The notes under the pieces are model-generated. The model searched no databases. It was not told the origin of the DNA and worked only from the letters and a program-made list of their open reading frames with translations. Shown here in pieces: positions 27,159 through 33,979 of a stretch of 46,946 nucleotides of DNA. The position numbers and the translations under genes were made by a program. The stretch is from an uncultured Bacteroidales bacterium (GTDB lineage: Bacteria > Bacteroidota > Bacteroidia > Bacteroidales > UBA10428): contig CAYVBH010000002.1 in assembly GCA_964449015.1 (NCBI GenBank), forward strand, positions 1 to 46,946, read 5' to 3'. The number at the start of each line of letters is the position of its first letter. Positions within the stretch are counted from its first letter, which is position 1.

Positions 27159-28457
27159 CTATTGATAATCGTTTATAAAATTATAATATATGTAAGTTTT
27201 GTTGGATAGCAGCTTATTGAAAGCATCATTTTTAGGAAATATAGGGCTTTCATCAGGCAAAAAATAAACTGGGATTTCACGTCTTATAGGTCTAGTTGCT
27301 TTACCGAAACAATTTTGTGCAAAAATTTCGACTATTTGAATATTTTCGGCCACTATTCTACCTGTTCCAGTGCTCTGTTCAATATTAACTATCAAAGAAA
27401 TGAATAATTCATTTCTATTTTTTTCTAGATTTAAATCCAAAGGATTATAATATTCTCCGAAACGCATCTGTTTTACTTGTTTTGTTTGTGGACCCGAAAT
27501 TTTCTTGGTGCGGGAAAAACCCTTTGTCCCTCTATCGAACATAGTAGGATCTGGTTTTGTTCCAAATAGATAATTATATTCTGCGGTGACCTTTTGGCGT
27601 AGAATATTTTCGCTACTAAAAATATCAATTTTAAGGATGCCCATAAAAACCTTAACAGTGGGAGCGCTTATTTTTTGGGCATTGAAAAATATACTATATA
27701 TCTCTAATAAGGATTCCGCATTACCGATATTGCAACCCCTTATGGCAATATTATTTAATTTTTTATTCTGGATATCTGAAATAAGCTTAATAAAATTACT
27801 CATCCATGTTTGAGAAGCTTTTGACTCAGGAGGTAACCCAAGCTTTTTTATTATATCTTCTTGATGTTTTAAAATTTTACCATTCCATTTTTTAGTCAAT
27901 TCATTGATCCTTTTCTCATTTGGTTTTTTTTTATATTCTTTTAATTCTCCATTGATTTCATCATTAAATTCCGATTGAGTATTATTGTATAATCCCAAAT
28001 CCTTTAATTCTTGCAATGTTGATTCAGCATTATCTGTATTATAATGTTTTGTTATTATGTTTAAAACATCTAGCCAATCATCAAGGTTTTTCGAAGATTT
28101 AATATTAGAATAAATTCTCTCTACCGCAGCATAACGTAAGATATAGAATAATCCCTCATAAGATTTGACATTTTTTTCCCCTTCTATAAAGGAGAAAGAG
28201 GTCATTCCTGCATCACTATTTCCATGTGAAAATATCAGAATATTTCGCTCTGAAATATTATTAATTCTTTGTAACAAATTGAAATAAGTTGGATGACTTA
28301 TAATTTCAGCGTGCCTAATGGAGATTTTGTGATCAGACCGGAATGTATCATAATATCTTTTTGCATAAGGACACCCCTTCGCTATGAAAGCATAGTAAAT
28401 TGGATAATTACTATTATCAGAAGAACTTTGTTTAGGGTTGACTTTTATTTTAGACAT
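27159..28457 (-). CDS. Hypothetical 432-aa protein with His-Gly ... Cys motif pair (candidate T6SS cargo)
   Basis: A long, uninterrupted, very AT-rich ORF. 'NILIFSHGNSDAG' and 'NNIAIRGCNIGNAESLL' each follow a hydrophobic strand. I recognise no other family motif. Confidence 0.6.
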   Translation of the reverse strand: MSKIKVNPKQSSSDNSNYPIYYAFIAKGCPYAKRYYDTFRSDHKISIRHAEIISHPTYFNLLQRINNISERNILIFSHGNSDAGMTSFSFIEGEKNVKSYEGLFYILRYAAVERIYSNIKSSKNLDDWLDVLNIITKHYNTDNAESTLQELKDLGLYNNTQSEFNDEINGELKEYKKKPNEKRINELTKKWNGKILKHQEDIIKKLGLPPESKASQTWMSNFIKLISDIQNKKLNNIAIRGCNIGNAESLLEIYSIFFNAQKISAPTVKVFMGILKIDIFSSENILRQKVTAEYNYLFGTKPDPTMFDRGTKGFSRTKKISGPQTKQVKQMRFGEYYNPLDLNLEKNRNELFISLIVNIEQSTGTGRIVAENIQIVEIFAQNCFGKATRPIRREIPVYFLPDESPIFPKNDAFNKLLSNKTYIYYNFINDYQ

Positions 28458-28483
28458 ATTATAAAAAAAAGAAAATTATCTAT

Positions 28484-29143
28484 TTAAGGCATGGTAAGTT
28501 TTTGTCCAGGAATAATCAAATCCGGGTGAAAATTCATACCGCTTGCCTTCCAGATGATGTCCCACAGGTTTGCATATCCATAATACTTGAGAGCAATTTT
28601 TGACAATGTATCGCCGCTAATTACGGTATAGGGCTTATTATATAAAAATGTAAACGGAGGAGCAAAACTGGCAGGCATATCTGCACCAACAACATCAATC
28701 ATTTTCCATGTTGCCATCCATCTGAAAAAATTCTGACTTAATGGATGTTTCCTGAACTCTTTTTCGGCATTTTCTGAAATGGTTATTGTCATTACCCGGG
28801 CTTTTTCAACCAACAGCGAAGCAAGCTGAAAAAGCTCAGTTTGGCTTTCAGTCACGGATGGAATGAGATCTGACTGTTTCACCAGTTTTAATAAATTGTC
28901 AATACTTTCTGTTGTGTATGGAGTATTGGTACTATTTAGCGCTTCCAGTATTTTTTGTCTCAGGTCTTCTTCAACGACTTCCAGGTATTTGTCTAATTGT
29001 TCATCATTAAGCGGAAGATGAGCAAATTGCATATGTCCATGACGGACAGGGAATTTCTTAAAAAGAGATTGCACTTTGTAGTCATCAAATCCGCTTAATA
29101 TAAATCTTTGACTTAATGTTATGGCATATGAAGTAAGTTGCAT
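28484..29143 (-). CDS. VgrG-adjacent protein with C-terminal LysM domain
   Basis: 219 aa with a helical N-terminal ~165 aa. The C-terminal LysM is 'YTVISGDTLSKIALKYYGYANLWDIIWKASGMNFHPDLIIPGQKL'. It lies 24 nt downstream of vgrG. Confidence 0.75.
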   Translation of the reverse strand: MQLTSYAITLSQRFILSGFDDYKVQSLFKKFPVRHGHMQFAHLPLNDEQLDKYLEVVEEDLRQKILEALNSTNTPYTTESIDNLLKLVKQSDLIPSVTESQTELFQLASLLVEKARVMTITISENAEKEFRKHPLSQNFFRWMATWKMIDVVGADMPASFAPPFTFLYNKPYTVISGDTLSKIALKYYGYANLWDIIWKASGMNFHPDLIIPGQKLTMP

Positions 29144-29167
29144 TGTATAATGAATTTAAAACATGAA

Positions 29168-31012
29168 TTAGTTGATCATCACCATACTTCCTTTCACGGT
29201 CATCACGCCACTGGAAGAGACCTCTGCAGTGGCGCCTCCGGTGGCTTTTAAAGAAGCATTGGCTTTAATTTCAACCGATGTGGCTTTCGCTTCAAGGCTG
29301 GTTTGAGCTTCATTCTTAATATCCATGGCCTTTTGTTCTAAAGTGGTCTGAGCTTCGGATATAATTTCATTGGCTTTCTGCTCAAGTCCCTGCCCCGCTT
29401 CGATTCTTATACCATTTTGTGCTTTGATCTCAATATCCTTGGCTTCAATTGTCAGTTTTTCAGTAGCCTTGATTTTAATCTCCCCGCTTGCAGCATCGAG
29501 GGTTATTTCATTTTTATTGCTTGTATCATAAATCCTGATCTTTTCCTTGCCTGATTCATCATGCAATTCAATCGTCTGCCCGCTCACTGTGCGGATGGCA
29601 TGAATTTTGGCATCCTTGTCGTTGTAATCGCCCGTCCAGGCTGAATCGGGAGGATAGGTTTCATCGAAAAATGCACCGATGCAATAAGGCCTTTCCACAT
29701 CACTGCCTTCAAAAGCGACCATAACCCTAGTGTTTACCGACAGGACAAAATAAATACCCGAATTTTCCCTTGTATAAGGGGTAACCACATTGATCCATGG
29801 AGTCATCAAACTGTCGCTCTCCATCCAGGGGAAATGAATCCGTACCCTGCCCAGCTTTTTTGGATCCTGGTTGTCTGCAATTGTCCCGACCTGGTTAGGA
29901 GAGAGCTTTATAAAATATGGATTCGTATTCTCAGGAATTTTTATTTTCTCCGGAACAGCATTAAAAGTATTATTATAAGAAAGCAGGTTATCGAAACTAT
30001 GCTGAATTGAAGTAATCAAATAATTCCCATAATCAATTTGAGGATCTGAAGGTTTCTGATTAGGGTAAAAAACCTTGATATATGTTCCGGCTGTCATAAA
30101 AGGATTTATCGAAGAACCAGACAAGTCTGAAAGGTTTGATGCATCACTTTCTTCGTCATGTTCTCCTGCTTTGTCGATCGCTTTTTGATAATCATTTTCA
30201 TTCACATTCAGCGATTTATAATAATGTATCCCTTCAAACTGGAAAAAGTCTTTTGATTTGTCAAGAGCAAATTTCCCATAATCGTTTAAAGTGCCGTCCG
30301 CTTTACCTGTACCTGATTTAAACTTATAGATGTCGGTTTTTAAGGGATCCATCGACATAAGGCTGAATTTTACAGGGCTTACCCTTAGTTGATAATTGAG
30401 ATCTTTAAGGTCATACCCGATTGTCAGTTTTTGTTCTTTCCTGGGTTCAGGCAATTCCCCGAAGATCATCTTGTCCCCGTTGAAAAAAAACCATTCTCCA
30501 TACCTGATGGAGAGCCGTTTCAGAAATTCCAGGTCACTTTCCTCATATTGTACGATATAAGGATAGCGAAATTTGTCACGCGGTTTAACAACGGCTTTGA
30601 ATGGATAAGGTCTAAAAACCTCTTTTACAATTTCCTCAAGGGTTTTATCCATAAACACTCTGTTTGTAGGTTTACCTGTAAGGGAGATTTCTACAGAGCC
30701 TCCGGTAATCAATATTTTGTCACTGTCTTCCATGCCACTCCTTGATCCTTGTATCTCTGTCACATATCCTTTCATAAGCACAACATCCTTCTCATCCTCC
30801 TTGACCTGAACTTTGGTTTGAATGATAATTGGCGAACCCAGAAAATTTTTCGCTTTATTTATCAGAAATTCATCAAGTTTTTCTATTGCATCATACCGGC
30901 AAGTAATTTCAAAACTGTCAATACCATAAATATTATCATTGATGGAAACAGATTCAAAATCTTTCAGCGGTTTCCCATCAATTTCTATGTCAATTTTTAA
31001 AATGGTTCCCAT
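29168..31012 (-). CDS. vgrG: Type VI secretion spike protein VgrG (TssI)
   Basis: 614 aa with a gpD-like N-terminus and a gp5 OB-fold-like middle (GTIADNQDPKKLGRVRIHFPWM). The C-terminal beta-helix repeats read IKIKATEKLTIEAKDIEIKAQNGIRIEAGQ... It is preceded by hcp. Confidence 0.9.
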   Translation of the reverse strand: MGTILKIDIEIDGKPLKDFESVSINDNIYGIDSFEITCRYDAIEKLDEFLINKAKNFLGSPIIIQTKVQVKEDEKDVVLMKGYVTEIQGSRSGMEDSDKILITGGSVEISLTGKPTNRVFMDKTLEEIVKEVFRPYPFKAVVKPRDKFRYPYIVQYEESDLEFLKRLSIRYGEWFFFNGDKMIFGELPEPRKEQKLTIGYDLKDLNYQLRVSPVKFSLMSMDPLKTDIYKFKSGTGKADGTLNDYGKFALDKSKDFFQFEGIHYYKSLNVNENDYQKAIDKAGEHDEESDASNLSDLSGSSINPFMTAGTYIKVFYPNQKPSDPQIDYGNYLITSIQHSFDNLLSYNNTFNAVPEKIKIPENTNPYFIKLSPNQVGTIADNQDPKKLGRVRIHFPWMESDSLMTPWINVVTPYTRENSGIYFVLSVNTRVMVAFEGSDVERPYCIGAFFDETYPPDSAWTGDYNDKDAKIHAIRTVSGQTIELHDESGKEKIRIYDTSNKNEITLDAASGEIKIKATEKLTIEAKDIEIKAQNGIRIEAGQGLEQKANEIISEAQTTLEQKAMDIKNEAQTSLEAKATSVEIKANASLKATGGATAEVSSSGVMTVKGSMVMIN

Positions 31013-31027
31013 TTTATCCGGTATTTT

Positions 31028-31435
31028 TTACTCTCCTGATGGTGCCCAAAGGCTTTCGTGTCTGACACCTGTCACTTTTATAATCCGGGGGGAAATAGTC
31101 AGGCTAATCATGATATCTGACTGATCAGAAAAACTTTCATGGTAACTGACCAAAACTGCATCCTCGAATTCCAATGATTTATGAGGGCCGGTATCAACAA
31201 CACCGGAAAAGGTTATTTTGCCATCTTTTCTAACATCACGCCCCAGCATCCATTCGAGAATTTCAGTATCATTGATTCCCGGAATTGTAATATTAATCAA
31301 ACCTGCCCTGACTTTCGAAGCTACCATACCGCGATTATCCACATCTTGTGAAAAGCTGAAATCACAGGAGAGTATTTTAATCCCCTTTTCTTGCTGGCTG
31401 TGTCCTTCAATATGCAACCTTGCAGTTAATGACAT
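31028..31435 (-). CDS. hcp: Type VI secretion tube protein Hcp (TssD), copy adjacent to vgrG
   Basis: 135 aa. 'ILSCDFSFSQDVDNRGMVASKVRAGLINITIP...ILEWML...KDGKITF' fits the Bacteroidota TssD pattern. Confidence 0.8.
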   Translation of the reverse strand: MSLTARLHIEGHSQQEKGIKILSCDFSFSQDVDNRGMVASKVRAGLINITIPGINDTEILEWMLGRDVRKDGKITFSGVVDTGPHKSLEFEDAVLVSYHESFSDQSDIMISLTISPRIIKVTGVRHESLWAPSGE

Positions 31436-31565
31436 ATAAATATTATTGATTGTTTAAAAGCTTATTTAGGTGTGGTCTTTCTTCTTTGAAGGCCTAAACA
31501 GAATATACTTCAAAAAAGGAATCCCTATTTAAAAGCTGTTACGAATTAAAGCGACCTAATAAGCT

Positions 31566-31955
31566 TTACACAGGCCACTCATTTAACATTTCTCCATCGC
31601 CCAGCTTAATGGATTTCGCTGAAAGGGAAATGGACTCGGTCATGGCAGTTGATCCTATACTGTCAAATGATTCCTGGTAGCCAACCATGTAAGCTTCCTT
31701 GATTTCAAGCTCTTTCAATTTGGAGTTCTCCTCACGTTTGTTAAATACGAGGCTGGCATCTTTTTTCATATAGCTGTCGCACATCCATTCAAACAGTTTG
31801 CTGCTATCTGATGATTCCACCACTATATTGATCACTCCTCCCCGGGCAACCGATGAGGGTCTTCCGGTAACATCATAATCCTGGTGCATGCTGTAGTTGC
31901 AGGAAAGAACATTGTAGTCTTTCCCATCGACTTTGAAAATTGCTTTAAATGACAT
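31566..31955 (-). CDS. hcp: Type VI secretion tube protein Hcp (TssD), second divergent copy
   Basis: 129 aa. 'YNVLSCNYSMHQDYDVTGRPSSVARGGVINIVVES...LFEWMC' shows the same pattern, at roughly 30% identity to the other copy by eye. Confidence 0.8.
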   Translation of the reverse strand: MSFKAIFKVDGKDYNVLSCNYSMHQDYDVTGRPSSVARGGVINIVVESSDSSKLFEWMCDSYMKKDASLVFNKREENSKLKELEIKEAYMVGYQESFDSIGSTAMTESISLSAKSIKLGDGEMLNEWPV

Positions 31956-32072
31956 AATTTCAGATTTTTATAGGTTTAGAGAACTATTGATCAAAAAACG
32001 GTGATCCTGAATTCTTGAAACGTATGAAAATTCTGTCATTGAAATTGATCTTCAGAGCGATATTTTGGTATT

Positions 32073-33470
32073 CTAGTCTTGCTTATATTCTGTTTCCCAT
32101 TCATTTCCTTCATCACCTTTCTGCCCATCCATTTTAATCATAAAGGTCTTGGCCGGAAAATAAGGGGTCATGTGGATATCAAGGTATATTCGGTCTTTCT
32201 GCACCGGATCCTGCTCAAATCGTCTGATCGAGAATTTTTCAATCAGTTTACCGGGGCCGGTAATGCTATCCAGGAACCGGATAATCTGATCTTGTATTTC
32301 TTTTCTTGTCTTGGCATTGAAATTTTCAAAAGCTCTACGGTTTAAAAAATCCATAAGCACTTTGGTCACATAATCGAAAACCCTTACCACAGAATAGGTC
32401 TGTAACCCTAAGTTATCGCCGTTAAACAGGGTTTTCGCAGAAAAAGCCATCACCTTGCCATATTCATTCACCATGGGTATAAGGCCTAGTTTTTCAAGAT
32501 TGGCTATTTCGCTTTTTTTCAAATCAAATTTAACACCATCCACTTCACTCATACTTCCATGCTTTTTGCCTGCAGCCACCTGTGACATTAATGTCTGATA
32601 AATTGTACCGGCCAATGCACTTGAAGGAGGAACATACAGAGCGTCCTTTTCTCCGATTTCGGCCATTTTATCGCGTCCTACGAGCCAGTTGCAGGTCATC
32701 ATAACATTTGACCGGTACAGGTCGCCTCCGGTGAGGTTGCTGGCTTCAAAAAGTTCCATCACATCGTCGGGTGTATCGAGATGCTCAAAGTCGGTGACAA
32801 GCATGACTTTGTTTTCATTGGCAATTTTTGCCCACTTTTCAACTACCTTGTTCGAGCCAAGGTAACCGGGAACAACAAGTATGCTGTAGTTTTCCCTCAG
32901 ATCGAGCCGGTCGTAATTCTGAACCAGTTCTTCACGTATTGCATCAAAAAAGCGCGTGTCGTCCAGGTCTTTCAACTGCTCTAAAGAGGCATTCATAAAA
33001 CTGACATTTTTCACTTTGCTGAGACCTGTATTCTTGAAGAACAGAGCCATGGTGCGATATGATTTTTCAAAATCTCGCGTAGCCTCTATGGCCTTTGACA
33101 TGTTATTATTGAGAGTTCTTTCAACCAACTCGGTATTGGTTTCGCAGGTTTCAATCATTTCTGATATCTCGTTTGACGAATTAATCACTGCTGCCCATAA
33201 TTCAAGCACTTTTTTTACCTTATCCCTTTCGTCTTTACTTGATGCCTCGGTAAGGAAAATTTTTTTCCGGGCTTTCCTCTCAGGGTTCAAACTCTGCGCC
33301 CCGTCAATAACGGTTTCAAGCATATCAAAACCGCCGATTTTTTCCAGTTGTTTTATCGAATTTTCGAGCAATTCCTCAGGTTTGTCAACTTTGCCAACCT
33401 GCTCGGAAACTTTCTCTTTGTATTGCTCTATGCTTTGTTTGGTTTTTTCCTGTACTGCCATGGGATTCAT
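32073..33470 (-). CDS. tssC: Type VI secretion contractile sheath large subunit TssC
   Basis: 465 aa, positioned between tssB and hcp. The size and the conserved C-terminal region are consistent with the Bacteroidota sheath large subunit. Confidence 0.8.
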   Translation of the reverse strand: MNPMAVQEKTKQSIEQYKEKVSEQVGKVDKPEELLENSIKQLEKIGGFDMLETVIDGAQSLNPERKARKKIFLTEASSKDERDKVKKVLELWAAVINSSNEISEMIETCETNTELVERTLNNNMSKAIEATRDFEKSYRTMALFFKNTGLSKVKNVSFMNASLEQLKDLDDTRFFDAIREELVQNYDRLDLRENYSILVVPGYLGSNKVVEKWAKIANENKVMLVTDFEHLDTPDDVMELFEASNLTGGDLYRSNVMMTCNWLVGRDKMAEIGEKDALYVPPSSALAGTIYQTLMSQVAAGKKHGSMSEVDGVKFDLKKSEIANLEKLGLIPMVNEYGKVMAFSAKTLFNGDNLGLQTYSVVRVFDYVTKVLMDFLNRRAFENFNAKTRKEIQDQIIRFLDSITGPGKLIEKFSIRRFEQDPVQKDRIYLDIHMTPYFPAKTFMIKMDGQKGDEGNEWETEYKQD

Positions 33471-33487
33471 TTTTAGGGATTTGAAAA

Positions 33488-33931
33488 CTATGCCTGTTCA
33501 ATCTCTTTGCTCATTGCATAAATTGCGTTGAGAATTGCCTGTCGTGTTTCAGGATTTGAAAGCGCTTTACGAAGCAGAAGGTTGCCCCTTAGCTGCTTGA
33601 TAATTTTAAAATACTGTTCTTTTTGAACGGTAAGATCTTTCAGCATAGTGCTTTGAGCAACGATACCTTTGGGCCCGAAATCAGCAAGGTTGTGGAAAGA
33701 AAGCTTTTCCTGCTTAGATACGCCTCCTGTATCTTCAAATTCAACATCAACGGATGGCCTGAAATGGTTAAAAACATCTTCGATGGAAGTTAATCCTTCA
33801 ACAATTTCAGGTTTTACCGGTACTTCTGAAGTGAATTTTTCAATCATCAGGGTCCGGTTTTGTGGGATTTCCAGGATAGCCTCACTGGCTTCTCCTTGCA
33901 CCGGCGTACCACCTATTCCGTATTGATCCAT
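33488..33931 (-). CDS. tssB: Type VI secretion contractile sheath small subunit TssB
   Basis: 147 aa, immediately upstream of tssC (17-nt gap) and downstream of clpV. The length is typical for TssB. Confidence 0.75.
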   Translation of the reverse strand: MDQYGIGGTPVQGEASEAILEIPQNRTLMIEKFTSEVPVKPEIVEGLTSIEDVFNHFRPSVDVEFEDTGGVSKQEKLSFHNLADFGPKGIVAQSTMLKDLTVQKEQYFKIIKQLRGNLLLRKALSNPETRQAILNAIYAMSKEIEQA

Positions 33932-33979
33932 GATATATTTGTTTTTAGTGGTTAAGAATAGTATTACCTAATTTGAAAA

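Noticed and set aside
24310-28457. The metallophosphoesterase plus unknown genes as a stand-alone anti-phage defence system.
   Set aside because: The genes are co-oriented and tightly packed behind hcp-vgrG, and they face a PAAR/DUF4123 pair, which favours T6SS cargo. I recognised no ATPase, nuclease, TIR, SIR2 or sensor-type partner. This cannot be fully excluded without homology searches.
24001-28480. The AT-rich island as a mobile element or prophage remnant.
   Set aside because: I recognised no integrase, transposase, recombinase, flanking direct or inverted repeats, or tRNA target. I treat it as a compositional island of cargo genes only.
32956-33531. A 191-aa plus-strand ORF antisense to tssC/tssB.
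   Set aside because: It overlaps two well-supported minus-strand genes completely. Its translation is Ser/Phe/Leu-rich low-complexity sequence typical of antisense frames in AT-rich genes.
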